This document shows, in pieces, positions 28,660 through 38,600 of a stretch of 64,000 nucleotides of DNA. Source of the stretch: a virus. Under the pieces are notes generated by a model. It had not been told where the DNA came from, did no database searches, and saw only the letters and a list, made by a program, of their open reading frames with translations. Where the stretch lies: the IMG/VR virus record IMGVR_UViG_3300044732_000442, positions 32,001 to 96,000 of that record. One strand, written 5' to 3'. Every line of letters starts with the position of its first letter. The first letter of the stretch is position 1. The position numbers and the translations under genes are program-made.

Positions 28660-29583
28660 ATGTCGGTAACATTTAGTGGTGGCGGTGTAACAATATCAGG
28701 CGGAGGATGGACTCTTAGTCCTCCACCAGGTGGTAGTAAGGCTATCTTTGGATATGGTTATAACGGGACAAATTTGTCAATTACTAATTTAGTATCAAAC
28801 ACAGGTGTTGTTGCCAATGATACTACAGGTGTCGGTACTGCTAGATTTGGATTGGCGGCCGCAGGATATGGCACAGATAAAGCTATATTTGGATATGGAT
28901 TCGGAGCTAGTAGAACGTCAATAACTAACCTAGTATCAAATACAGGTGTAGTTGCTACTGATACTTCAGGAGTTGGAACTGTTAGAAGTGATTTAGGAGC
29001 CGCAGGATATGGTACTGATAAAGCTATATTTGGTTATGGATATACAGGTGGTGTCTCTTTTATATCAATAACCAATCTAGTATCAAATACGGGTGTGGTT
29101 TCCGGTGATACTGCAGGTGTTGGTACTGCTAGAGGTTATCTTGCAGCCGCAGGTTATGGCACTGACAAAGCTATTTTTGGATATGGTAACGGTAGCGGAT
29201 TGCAATCAATAACCAATCTAGTATCAAACACGGGGGTTGTTGGCAACAATGTTACAGGTGTAGGTACTGCTAGAGATAGTCTTGCAGCCGCTAGTTATGG
29301 TACTGATAAAGCTATATTTGGTTATGGATCTGGACCAACTGCAATAACTAACTTAGTATCAAACACAGGTGTAGTTGCTACTGATACAACAGGTGTTGGA
29401 ACTGCTAGATATTATCTTGCGGCCGCAGGATATGGGGTAGGTACAGCTATATTTGGATACGGTGAGAATGGTAGTATTAATGTATCAATGACCAACTTAG
29501 TATCAAACACCGGTGTAGTTGCTACAGATACTACAGGTGTCGGTACTGCTAGACAATTATTAGCGGCCGCAAGTTACGGTTAA
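28660..29583 (+). CDS. Repeat protein type B (6 repeats)
   Basis: Same repeat x6. Confidence 0.75.
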   Translation: MSVTFSGGGVTISGGGWTLSPPPGGSKAIFGYGYNGTNLSITNLVSNTGVVANDTTGVGTARFGLAAAGYGTDKAIFGYGFGASRTSITNLVSNTGVVATDTSGVGTVRSDLGAAGYGTDKAIFGYGYTGGVSFISITNLVSNTGVVSGDTAGVGTARGYLAAAGYGTDKAIFGYGNGSGLQSITNLVSNTGVVGNNVTGVGTARDSLAAASYGTDKAIFGYGSGPTAITNLVSNTGVVATDTTGVGTARYYLAAAGYGVGTAIFGYGENGSINVSMTNLVSNTGVVATDTTGVGTARQLLAAASYG

Positions 29584-29605
29584 TTATACAAAGAAAGAAT
29601 AAAGA

Positions 29606-30532
29606 ATGTCGGTAACATTAAACGGTGGTGTAACATTTGGCGGAGGGTTAACTCTTACTGCCGGACCAGCCGGTAATAAAGCTATATTTGGATACGGGTA
29701 CATTTCAGCAGTAGGAGAGACTGCAATAACCAATCTAGTAAGTAATACAGGCGTTGTAGCAACTGATACAGCTGGAGTAGGTACTACCAGAACTAACCTA
29801 GCGGCGGCTGGGTATGGTACTGATAAAGCCTTATTTGGTTATGGAGAAGGAAATGGTACTTATTTATCAATAACTAACAAAGTAAGTAATACAGGTGTGG
29901 TGGCTAATGATACTGCAGGTGTTGGTACTGGTAGAACTGGAATTGCAGCCGCAGGTTACGGGACTGATAAAGCTATATTTGGATATGGCTACGCCTCTGG
30001 CGGCAGAACAGCAATAACTAACAAAGTATCAAACACCGGAGTAGTTGCTACTGATACGACAGGTGTAGGTACTATTAGAAATGGACTAGCGGCCGCAGGC
30101 TATGGAACCGATAAAGCTATATTTGGATATGGGCAAAATTATCCCACTTATTATTCGTTAACCAATCTAGTAAGTAATACAGGTGTAGTAGCAACTGATA
30201 CAACTGGTGTTGGAACTATTAGAAGTGAGCTAGCGGCAGCAGGTTATGGTACGGATAAGGCTATATTTGGATATGGATATGCTTCCGACAATTCAAGTGT
30301 ATCAATGACCAACCTAGTATCAAACACAGGAGTAGTAGCAACAGATACGACTGGTGTTGGTACTGCTAGGTTTTATCTAGCTGCCGCTGTTTACGGCACT
30401 GATAAAGCTATATTTGGATATGGAGTAACAACAGCAGTAACTAATTTAGTATCAAATACAGGTGTGGTTGCTACAAATACTACTGGTGTTGGTACAGCAA
30501 GATATTCACTTGCGGCGGCCGCCTACGGTTAA
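29606..30532 (+). CDS. Repeat protein type B (6 repeats)
   Basis: Same repeat x6. Confidence 0.75.
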   Translation: MSVTLNGGVTFGGGLTLTAGPAGNKAIFGYGYISAVGETAITNLVSNTGVVATDTAGVGTTRTNLAAAGYGTDKALFGYGEGNGTYLSITNKVSNTGVVANDTAGVGTGRTGIAAAGYGTDKAIFGYGYASGGRTAITNKVSNTGVVATDTTGVGTIRNGLAAAGYGTDKAIFGYGQNYPTYYSLTNLVSNTGVVATDTTGVGTIRSELAAAGYGTDKAIFGYGYASDNSSVSMTNLVSNTGVVATDTTGVGTARFYLAAAVYGTDKAIFGYGVTTAVTNLVSNTGVVATNTTGVGTARYSLAAAAYG

Positions 30533-30552
30533 ACAATAATTAACCATAATCA

Positions 30553-30581
30553 TTGCAATACAAATCATTATATGCTATAAT
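30553..30581 (+). promoter_or_regulatory. Sigma70-type promoter (extended -10)
   Basis: TTGCAA-N17-TATAAT with TG extension, just before tilS. Confidence 0.55.
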
Positions 30582-30587
30582 GCATAA

Positions 30588-31184
30588 ATGATTAAGCTAA
30601 CAGTTCCATTACCCAAAAGTATCATAATCGCATGTAGCGGTGGTGTAGATAGCATGGCAGTAGTTGATTTTCTAAGCCGCAAACATGATATCACTATCGC
30701 CCATTTTAATCACAGAACACAAAACGGTGAAAAAGCCTCTAAGTTTGTTTCCAAATATTGTAGTGATAATAATATTCCTATGCTATATGGAACACCACGT
30801 AGTCAAAAAAATAGCAAAGAAAGCCAAGAAGAATACTGGCGTAGAGAACGCTATGATTTTTTAAGTGAACTTGGTCCAGTAATCACCTGTCATCATTTAG
30901 ATGATTGTGTTGAAACATATATCTGGTCAAGCTTACATGGCACACCCAAAGTTATCCCACTAACACGTAACAATGTTATTAGACCATTTCTAACTACTAG
31001 AAAACAAGATTTAATATATTGGTGCGAAAGTCATAATGTACCCTGGATTGAAGACGAATCCAATAAGAATTCCAGATATACCCGTAACTACATTCGCAAT
31101 GAACTAATGCCACATGCATTACATGTAAATCCCGGATTACCTAAATTGGTAAAAAAGATTGTAGAAGGTAAACAAAATACTTGA
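30588..31184 (+). CDS. tilS: tRNA(Ile)-lysidine synthetase-like PP-loop ATPase (catalytic domain only)
   Basis: SGGVDS, HFNH, RRERY, HHLDDCVET, RPFL, DESN...YTRNYIR. Confidence 0.85.
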   Translation: MIKLTVPLPKSIIIACSGGVDSMAVVDFLSRKHDITIAHFNHRTQNGEKASKFVSKYCSDNNIPMLYGTPRSQKNSKESQEEYWRRERYDFLSELGPVITCHHLDDCVETYIWSSLHGTPKVIPLTRNNVIRPFLTTRKQDLIYWCESHNVPWIEDESNKNSRYTRNYIRNELMPHALHVNPGLPKLVKKIVEGKQNT

Positions 31185-31209
31185 CTTCTCTACACAAACC
31201 AAGTATACT
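31181..31209 (+). promoter_or_regulatory. Sigma70-type promoter
   Basis: TTGACT-N17-TATACT upstream of the 31233/polymerase operon. Confidence 0.6.
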
Positions 31210-31232
31210 AACTAATTATTTAAGGAGAAACT

Positions 31233-31499
31233 ATGTCGGATTATAATAGAACGTTTAATGGTGAAGCAAAGATTAAACTAACACAATTAATCAATGAAGG
31301 GATGCATGTCCTACATGAAATTGATACATTGAATGGTGGATTAAACGACACTATTAAAGCGGTTGCTGAGGAGCTGGAAATCAAAGCTAGTACATTGAAG
31401 AAAGCCGTGCGTATTGCACACAAAGCAAGTCTCGGTCAGACTAACAAAGACCATGATGAACTCAACACAATCCTAGAAACTGTGGGAAAAACGCTTTGA
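31233..31499 (+). CDS. Small helical DNA-binding protein (T4 DsbA/GapR-like)
   Basis: 88 aa helical ORF with aaggag RBS; pattern IK.VAEELEI....LKK.VRI.HK. Confidence 0.55.
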   Translation: MSDYNRTFNGEAKIKLTQLINEGMHVLHEIDTLNGGLNDTIKAVAEELEIKASTLKKAVRIAHKASLGQTNKDHDELNTILETVGKTL

Positions 31500-34213
31500 G
31501 TTATGTGGATGCTATTCATAGTAGGGATGAGGATCGTATCTATGTAGTAGAACGATCTCCTGAGGGTAAACGATTGTATAAAGAATACCCTACTAACTAT
31601 GTATTGTATTATCCTGATAATAAAGGTAAACATCGTAGTATCTATGGCGATCCAGTCAGTCGTTTCAGTACTCGCAAACGACAAGAGTTTGAAAAAGAAA
31701 GACGCATACACTCAAATAAAAAACTATTTGAGAGTGATGTGCCAGTAGTCTTCCGTTGTCTAAGTGAAAACTATCTTGGCATTGATGCACCTAAACTTCA
31801 TACATGTTTCTTTGACATTGAGGTGGACTTTGATCCTGAAAAGGGATTCAGTCCTACAAGTGATCCATTCAATCCTGTTACAGCTATCAGTTGTTACTTA
31901 GATTGGCTAGATCAATGTATTACATTAGTGATTGCTCCTAAACATATGTCTAGTGAAACAGCACAAGAAATCACTAATGAGTTTGAGAATACAATGCTAT
32001 TCACAAACGAAAAAGAAATGTTTGATGTGTTCTTCCAACTCATTGAAGATGCAGATGTATTAACTGGTTGGAACTCAGAGGGCTATGATATACCCTATAT
32101 GGTCAATCGTGTTACTAGAGTAATGAGTAAAGATGACACACGCAAGTTCTGCTTGATGGGTCAACTACCTAAAGCTAGAGAATACGAACGATTTGGTAAG
32201 AGTGAAACAACTTATGACTTAGTAGGTCGTATTCACTTAGACTATCTACAACTATACAAAAAGTATAACTATGAATCACGCCATAGTTATAAACTTGATA
32301 GTATCGGTGAGATGGAAGTCGGGGAGAACAAAACACAATATGAAGGTACTCTTGACCAATTGTATAACAAAGACTTTAAAAAGTTCATTGAATATAACAG
32401 ACAAGATACAATGTTGTTAGTGAAGATTCACAACAAACTTAAGTTTTTAGAATTAGCTAATCAACTTGCACACGAAAACACAGTACTGCTTCCAACAGTT
32501 ATGGGTTCAGTAGCAATGATTGAGATGGCAATTTTTAATGAAGCACACGAACGTGGCTTAGTGGTTCCAGATAAAAAACGAAAGGTTGAAAATGAAGAAG
32601 ATGTCCAGCAGGCAGCAGGTGCCTTTGTTGCTACGCCGAAAAGAGGTATGCATGAATATGTCGGAGCAGTTGACATTAACTCACTCTATCCCTCGGTTAT
32701 TCGTGCCCTCAACATGGCAGGTGAAACCATCGTTGCTCAAGTCAGACAAACAATCACTGACAAATACATGCTTGACAAAGGTGTGCGATTAGCAAGTGAA
32801 AAGAAACGTCACAAAGAAGGTGATGATGCAGTTACAGGATCTATCTTATGGGAGAACCTGTTTGGTGCATTAGAATATACTGCTATTATGAACCAAGAAC
32901 GTGGTACTATTCTTACAGTTGATTTTGAAGATGGTCGTAGTGTAGAAATGTCAGCGGCAGAAATCTGGAAGATGGTCTTTGACAGTCATAAGCCCTGGAT
33001 GTTAAGTGCTAACGGTACTATCTTTACTTATGAAAAAGAAGGTGTCGTACCCGGTCTACTAACTCGTTGGTATACAGAACGTAAAGCTATCCAGAAACAA
33101 GCTAAAGAAGCATATGGTACTGATATGTTTGATTATTATGACAAGCGACAACTTGTTCGTAAGATTTTACTTAACTCAGCATACGGTGCATTGTTAAACG
33201 AACATTGCAGATTCTATGACAAACGTATCGGTCAAAGTGTTACACTATCTGGAAGACAAATCGTTAAACATATGATGAGTACTATCAATGAAACAGTTGA
33301 AGGTATCTATTCACATGAAGGTAATGCTATTGTGTATGGTGATACTGACAGTTGTTACTTCACTGCTTATCCAACATTAAAGCCGCAGATTGAATCTGGT
33401 CTATTAGATTGGAATAAAGAAACTTGTATTGGTTTGTATGATGGTATCGCTGAACAAGCAAATGAAAGTTTCCCAGCATTCATGGAACGTGCCTTTCATG
33501 CTCCAAGAAAGAACGGAGCTATCATTAAAGCTGGTCGTGAACTAATCGGTGATCGGGCGATCTTTATTGTTAAGAAGCGTTATGCTATTAACATCTTTGA
33601 TAAAGAGGGTAAGCGCAAAGATAGTGACGGACAACTAGGCGATATCAAAGCTATGGGTCTTGACTTGAAACGTGCTGATACACCTAAGTATGTACAAGAG
33701 TTTTTAATGAATGTACTACAAATGGTTCTTCAACAAGGTAAAGGTCGTGATGAAGTTATTGAAGCAGTAAAAGACTTCAAGCGGATATTAACTGCACAAG
33801 ATAGTTGGACAAAAGGTTCTCCTAAAGGTGTAAACAAACTTACGATGTACGGTGACTTAGAAGCTAAGAGTAGTACGGGCAGAGCTAACATGCCGGGGCA
33901 TGTACGTGCGGCATTGAACTACAACTATTTGCGTAGAGTAAACGGTGACCAGTATAGTCAAAAGATTATTGATGGTATGAAGGTTGTAGTATGTAAACTT
34001 AAACCCAATCCATTAGGGTTTACAAGTGTAGCATATCCTGTTGATGAATTACGACTACCCAAATGGTTTACAGAATTGCCATTTGATGATTCGGCAATGG
34101 AACAAACGTTAGTAGATGAGAAGATTGATAACTTATTGGGTGTATTAGATTGGGATATTCGTAGCAATACAGATACTAACAGTACATTTGATGACTTATT
34201 CAGTTTCGGTTAA
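31496..34213 (+). CDS. DNA polymerase family B (T4 gp43-like)
   Basis: Exo FDIE, WNSEGYD, YNRQD; pol DINSLYPS, KILLNSAYG, YGDTDS, KKRY. Confidence 0.97.
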   Translation: MSYVDAIHSRDEDRIYVVERSPEGKRLYKEYPTNYVLYYPDNKGKHRSIYGDPVSRFSTRKRQEFEKERRIHSNKKLFESDVPVVFRCLSENYLGIDAPKLHTCFFDIEVDFDPEKGFSPTSDPFNPVTAISCYLDWLDQCITLVIAPKHMSSETAQEITNEFENTMLFTNEKEMFDVFFQLIEDADVLTGWNSEGYDIPYMVNRVTRVMSKDDTRKFCLMGQLPKAREYERFGKSETTYDLVGRIHLDYLQLYKKYNYESRHSYKLDSIGEMEVGENKTQYEGTLDQLYNKDFKKFIEYNRQDTMLLVKIHNKLKFLELANQLAHENTVLLPTVMGSVAMIEMAIFNEAHERGLVVPDKKRKVENEEDVQQAAGAFVATPKRGMHEYVGAVDINSLYPSVIRALNMAGETIVAQVRQTITDKYMLDKGVRLASEKKRHKEGDDAVTGSILWENLFGALEYTAIMNQERGTILTVDFEDGRSVEMSAAEIWKMVFDSHKPWMLSANGTIFTYEKEGVVPGLLTRWYTERKAIQKQAKEAYGTDMFDYYDKRQLVRKILLNSAYGALLNEHCRFYDKRIGQSVTLSGRQIVKHMMSTINETVEGIYSHEGNAIVYGDTDSCYFTAYPTLKPQIESGLLDWNKETCIGLYDGIAEQANESFPAFMERAFHAPRKNGAIIKAGRELIGDRAIFIVKKRYAINIFDKEGKRKDSDGQLGDIKAMGLDLKRADTPKYVQEFLMNVLQMVLQQGKGRDEVIEAVKDFKRILTAQDSWTKGSPKGVNKLTMYGDLEAKSSTGRANMPGHVRAALNYNYLRRVNGDQYSQKIIDGMKVVVCKLKPNPLGFTSVAYPVDELRLPKWFTELPFDDSAMEQTLVDEKIDNLLGVLDWDIRSNTDTNSTFDDLFSFG

Positions 34214-34290
34214 ATTGGTGTTGCAATTCGTAATATATTCCATTATAATACGTATTACAACTACCTAAATAGTTAAAACAAAGGAAAAAC

Positions 34291-35022
34291 ATGAAAGATA
34301 ATTTACAAGATTTAATTCAACACACACATGGCTTAGGCTGTATTGATTTGATTAAGGTCAGTGGAACTGACACAGAGACAACTGTAAACGCAGTAGCAGA
34401 AGATAAGAGTGTTATTGTTAGTGGTGTGCTTAAACATCCTAGCGCAGAGTTTATTGGTGTGTTTGGTATGCCTAACTTAGGTAAACTAAAAACAATTCTA
34501 GGCTTTGATGACTATGATGAACATAGTAAAATCAATGTTACACGTGTAAACAAAGACGGTGTAAGTGTGCCAGAGTACATTCACTTTGAAACAAAAGCAG
34601 GTGATTTCGTTAACGATTATCGTTTGATGAGTAAAGCTATTGCTGATGAGAAAGTTAAAACCGTAATGTTCAAAGGCACTACGTGGGGTGTTGAGTTTGA
34701 ACCTACTATTGCTGGCATTCAACGACTAAAGCGTCAAGCAAGTGCTAATAGTGAAGAAAAGAATTTTACTACTAAAACGGAAAACGGTAACTTAATGGTT
34801 TACTTTGGTGACCCATCAACACATTCAGGTAACTTTGTGTTTCATCCCGGTGTTACTGGTACATTGAATAAAGCATGGATGTGGCCTGTTAAAGAGTTCT
34901 TAAGCATCATGGATCTTCCCGGCGATAAAATTATTCGTATCGGTGACGCAGGTGCAACAGAGATTGTAGTTGACAGTGGTCTAGCAGTTTATCGTTATTT
35001 ACTCCCAGCACAAGCAAAATGA
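34291..35022 (+). CDS. Sliding clamp (T4 gp45-like), putative
   Basis: 243 aa directly after PolB; clamp-like size, C-terminal beta strand YRYLLPA. Confidence 0.6.
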   Translation: MKDNLQDLIQHTHGLGCIDLIKVSGTDTETTVNAVAEDKSVIVSGVLKHPSAEFIGVFGMPNLGKLKTILGFDDYDEHSKINVTRVNKDGVSVPEYIHFETKAGDFVNDYRLMSKAIADEKVKTVMFKGTTWGVEFEPTIAGIQRLKRQASANSEEKNFTTKTENGNLMVYFGDPSTHSGNFVFHPGVTGTLNKAWMWPVKEFLSIMDLPGDKIIRIGDAGATEIVVDSGLAVYRYLLPAQAK

Positions 35023-35387
35023 TTAAGAGCATTCACTCTAGTAGTCCATTCTTAACTGTATCAGGTGGTAATCCAGGTTCTACTTATATTGGTAATTTTA
35101 ATGGTACTGGTGTGGGTAATATGCGATATAACCCTAACAGTCAGAACACAGAAGTATATGATGGTAGTACTTGGATTATTCTCTCGGCACATCACGCTAC
35201 TATAAACTTAAGTGATGAAGCAGTTGGTTTGTTACAGTGGGCACGACAAAAGCGTGATGAGGAACTTGAGATAGAAAAATTAGTACTAACTAATTCAACT
35301 ATCAAAGACCTCGTTATGCAAATTAAAGACAAACAAGAACAAATTAAAGTAGTTCAAACATTGATAAAAGAAGAAGTAAAAGTTTAA
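35019..35387 (+). CDS. Hypothetical protein
   Basis: Coupled ORF, C-terminal coiled coil. Confidence 0.6.
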   Translation: MIKSIHSSSPFLTVSGGNPGSTYIGNFNGTGVGNMRYNPNSQNTEVYDGSTWIILSAHHATINLSDEAVGLLQWARQKRDEELEIEKLVLTNSTIKDLVMQIKDKQEQIKVVQTLIKEEVKV

Positions 35388-36961
35388 TGGAACAAGATAA
35401 TCTATCACAAAAACAAAACCCAGATTGGGCATTGTTCTTACCCGCAGTCAGTAGTTTTTATATCTCTGGCTTGGGTAAACAACGTAAAGGTGAAGAGTAC
35501 TTTGATCCTGCACGTATCCCTGCTCAATTCAACGGTGATGTAGAGAAACTAAACTTTCTTAATAGTAAAGAAGGTCTCTATTATTACAAATGGGGCTTGT
35601 ACAGTGCTGGTCATGCTAACTTAGATACTACTAAAGACGATCCTAGTGAATCAATCATTAGAGAACGTGAAGAAGGTACATTTATGTTAGGTGACTCTGG
35701 TGGATTTCAAATTCTTAAAGGTCAATGGCCAGCTGATTGGAAAGATCCTAATTGCCCTAAAGCTATGATTAAGCGTAAAGCAGTATTGAACTGGATGGAC
35801 ACGTACATGGACTATGGCATGGTCCTTGATATTCCTTCACAATCAATAACTACTTTTAATATGAAGGATAAGAATGGTGTAAGTCTTCATGGTATCAGTA
35901 CTATCCAAGAAGCAATTACTGCTACCCATATTAACAATGAATACTTTATCAACAATCGTTCGGGCAAATGTAAGTTCTTAAATGTATTACAAGGTCGTAC
36001 ACATACCCAGTCAGATGAGTGGTACGATGAAATGAAGAAGTATTGTGATCCAAAACAATACCCAGACAATCACTTTAATGGTTGGGCTTTCGGTGGACAG
36101 AATAAGATTGATGTACACTTGATGTTAACAAGAATGATTGATATTATCCATGATGGGTTATTAGTAGAAGGTAAGCATGATTTAATTCACTGTTTGGGTA
36201 CAAGTATTTTAGAATATGCTGTATTGTTTACTGATATTCAACGTGCTATTCGCAAGTATCACAACCCTAAACTTAAAATTACATTTGATTGTGCAAGCCC
36301 ATTCTATAGTGCGGCTAAGGGTTTAGCATATTTCAATACTAATATTGAGCATAACAAGAAATGGTCATACAGTATGGAAAAGACTGCTGAAAAGAAAAGT
36401 TATGCTAATGACACCCGTAAATATAGGGATGCTGTATTAGCTGAAGGAATCCATAAACTCTTTACAGATAGTCCAGTAACTGATAAACTAGTGCTTAAGG
36501 ACTTGTGTTATCGTGGTCAAGGGTTCTTAGGACAACATGGTAAAGAAACTAAGACCAGTTGGGATACATTAAGTTATACATTGCTTCAAAGTCATAATGT
36601 ATGGATGCACATGAATGCCGTACAAGAGGCTAACCGTCAATATGATATAGGTATTGTACCTAAGATGTTGATGAATGAACAATTTGAACGTGTATTGTTT
36701 AAAGATGTTATTGACGAAATTTTCAGTAAGAAAACTAAACAGGAAGCAATTGATTTAATTGATGCTAACAGTAGATTATGGATGCAGTTTCAATCAGGTA
36801 GTCAGGGTATTAGTGGTAAACGAACAGTTAATGCATTGAGTAAGTTTGAAGAACTATTTGAAGTTCAGAATGAAATAGAGTTTGAAGAAGTAATAGAAGA
36901 TAGTGATGATGCTATGAATGAAGTATTACATGAAAAGGTAGATTTAGATGATGACAATTAA
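35387..36961 (+). CDS. dpdA: tRNA-guanine transglycosylase-fold protein, DpdA-like DNA 7-deazaguanine insertion enzyme
   Basis: TGT motifs DSGGFQ, MVLDIP, VLQG, GWAFGG, HCLGTS, FDCASP, HNV; clustered with folE/queD/queE. Confidence 0.78.
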   Translation: MEQDNLSQKQNPDWALFLPAVSSFYISGLGKQRKGEEYFDPARIPAQFNGDVEKLNFLNSKEGLYYYKWGLYSAGHANLDTTKDDPSESIIREREEGTFMLGDSGGFQILKGQWPADWKDPNCPKAMIKRKAVLNWMDTYMDYGMVLDIPSQSITTFNMKDKNGVSLHGISTIQEAITATHINNEYFINNRSGKCKFLNVLQGRTHTQSDEWYDEMKKYCDPKQYPDNHFNGWAFGGQNKIDVHLMLTRMIDIIHDGLLVEGKHDLIHCLGTSILEYAVLFTDIQRAIRKYHNPKLKITFDCASPFYSAAKGLAYFNTNIEHNKKWSYSMEKTAEKKSYANDTRKYRDAVLAEGIHKLFTDSPVTDKLVLKDLCYRGQGFLGQHGKETKTSWDTLSYTLLQSHNVWMHMNAVQEANRQYDIGIVPKMLMNEQFERVLFKDVIDEIFSKKTKQEAIDLIDANSRLWMQFQSGSQGISGKRTVNALSKFEELFEVQNEIEFEEVIEDSDDAMNEVLHEKVDLDDDN

Positions 36962-37175
36962 TCCATCACTTACACTGAAGTCAACAATGACCGGTGATAC
37001 TCAGGAATCTGTTATTACCTTTACCGGTGGTTCAGATGAGATGTTACGTATAGCAAAAGACGGGTTTTATATACGTGGTAAACGGGTACCTCAAGATGAC
37101 AAAGAAGCTGAAGTAGTGTATAATACATTTCATCAGTGGTTAACATGGGCAACACTTAATAGGGATTATAAATGA
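36948..37175 (+). CDS. Hypothetical protein
   Basis: Overlapping small ORF. Confidence 0.55.
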   Translation: MMTINPSLTLKSTMTGDTQESVITFTGGSDEMLRIAKDGFYIRGKRVPQDDKEAEVVYNTFHQWLTWATLNRDYK

Positions 37176-37627
37176 TAGAACAACATGAACATGCAATGCA
37201 CGAAAAACGTGTACGTATTAAACAACATGCATTACGTACAATCTTTGTACGTTTTCAAAAAGAAGGTATTCATAAATACCCAGCGGCAGCAACAGATCCA
37301 GCACTTGCTACAGGTGATGAGTATGATGTTAGCTTTTTAGGATCTCCACATAGACACATCTTTCATTTTGAAGTGTCTATTGAAGTATTTCACAACGACC
37401 GTGATATTGAGTTTATTCAGTTTAAAAGATGGTTAGAGAAACAATATTCTCAAGGCATACTAGAATTGAATTACAAAAGTTGTGAAATGATTAGTGATGA
37501 CCTCTATGATGTTATTGCAACTCGGTATCCAGATCGTAATATCGCTATTCAAGTATCGGAAGATAATGAGAATGGTGCTACTATTGTCTATAACACAAAC
37601 AAACCTTATCAACAACTAGCTATTTAA
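37172..37627 (+). CDS. QueD/6-pyruvoyltetrahydropterin synthase-like T-fold protein
   Basis: EGIH...HRHIFHF...IEFIQFKRWL...SCEMIS...VSED. Confidence 0.7.
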   Translation: MIEQHEHAMHEKRVRIKQHALRTIFVRFQKEGIHKYPAAATDPALATGDEYDVSFLGSPHRHIFHFEVSIEVFHNDRDIEFIQFKRWLEKQYSQGILELNYKSCEMISDDLYDVIATRYPDRNIAIQVSEDNENGATIVYNTNKPYQQLAI

Positions 37628-37638
37628 AGGAATATAAA

Positions 37639-37842
37639 ATGGCAAAACAACAACAATCTAACCCACGTGTTCAACAAATCTTTGAGGACCTAGAAAACTA
37701 TCTAATGTTCTGTCAGGACTATGGATACAAGTTTGATGAATCAACTCTATACGATATGCGTAGCTTTGCATATCGTCAGTTTACTAAGGCAGTAACTGGC
37801 AAGTGGGCTAAAGATCAGTGGCAGGAAGACGCACGTCCATGA
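37639..37842 (+). CDS. Hypothetical protein
   Basis: aagga RBS; 67 aa. Confidence 0.6.
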   Translation: MAKQQQSNPRVQQIFEDLENYLMFCQDYGYKFDESTLYDMRSFAYRQFTKAVTGKWAKDQWQEDARP

Positions 37843-38600
37843 ACGTTGTGTTAGTCACTGGTGGTTTTGATCCGCTACATAGTGGTCATATTGAATATTT
37901 CAAGGCTGCTAAGGCATTAGGATTTTTACTAATAGTAGGAATCAATAGTGACGCATGGTTGACCCGTAAAAAAGGACAACCTTTTATGCCTGTACAGGAA
38001 AGAAAAGCTATCATTGAGAATCTATACCAAGTACATAAGGTAATAGAATTTGATGATAGTGACGATACTGCTATTGATGCTATTCGTAAAGTCAAAGAGA
38101 TGCACCCACAAGCAAAGATAATATTTGCTAATGGGGGAGATAGAACTAAAGATAACATTCCCGAAATGGTTTTTCATGATGTTGAATTTGTTTTTGGAGT
38201 AGGTGGTGAAAACAAACTAAACAGTAGTAGTTGGATACTAGATGAATGGAAACATCCAAAAACATTGCGTGAGTGGGGGTATTATCGTATACTACATGAT
38301 GTAGATGGTTGTAAAGTTAAAGAATTAACTGTAGAGCCAGATAAAAGTTTAAGTATGCAACGACATTTTAAACGAAGTGAATACTGGTTAGTAACTGACG
38401 GTTCTTGCATTGTTTATAGACAAATGAATGGCGGGTATGCATTACCTCCCATGCAGTTAAGTAAACATCAAGAGTTTAAGATACCAGCTGATTCCTGGCA
38501 TCAACTATCTAATCCTTTTGATGAACCATGTAGTATTATAGAAATTCAATATGGTGAAAAATGTATTGAAGAAGATATTGAAAGAAAAACAAATGCGTAA
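37839..38600 (+). CDS. Cytidylyltransferase-like domain fused to mannose-6-phosphate isomerase-type cupin
   Basis: TGGFDPLHSGH, NSDAWL, ANGGDR; C-terminal WGYY...LSMQRH..RSEYW...IEIQYG. Confidence 0.85.
   Translation: MNVVLVTGGFDPLHSGHIEYFKAAKALGFLLIVGINSDAWLTRKKGQPFMPVQERKAIIENLYQVHKVIEFDDSDDTAIDAIRKVKEMHPQAKIIFANGGDRTKDNIPEMVFHDVEFVFGVGGENKLNSSSWILDEWKHPKTLREWGYYRILHDVDGCKVKELTVEPDKSLSMQRHFKRSEYWLVTDGSCIVYRQMNGGYALPPMQLSKHQEFKIPADSWHQLSNPFDEPCSIIEIQYGEKCIEEDIERKTNA

Noticed and set aside
27218-30532. Regularly spaced DNA repeats suggestive of a CRISPR array or DGR
   Set aside because: Repeats are in-frame coding units with synonymous variation; no adenine-specific template/variable pair noticed, and no reverse transcriptase or cas gene in the window
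30588-31184. PP-loop protein as QueC
   Set aside because: Has TilS-specific HHLDD..ET, RP and DESN..Y.RN motifs and lacks the QueC C-terminal Zn cysteines
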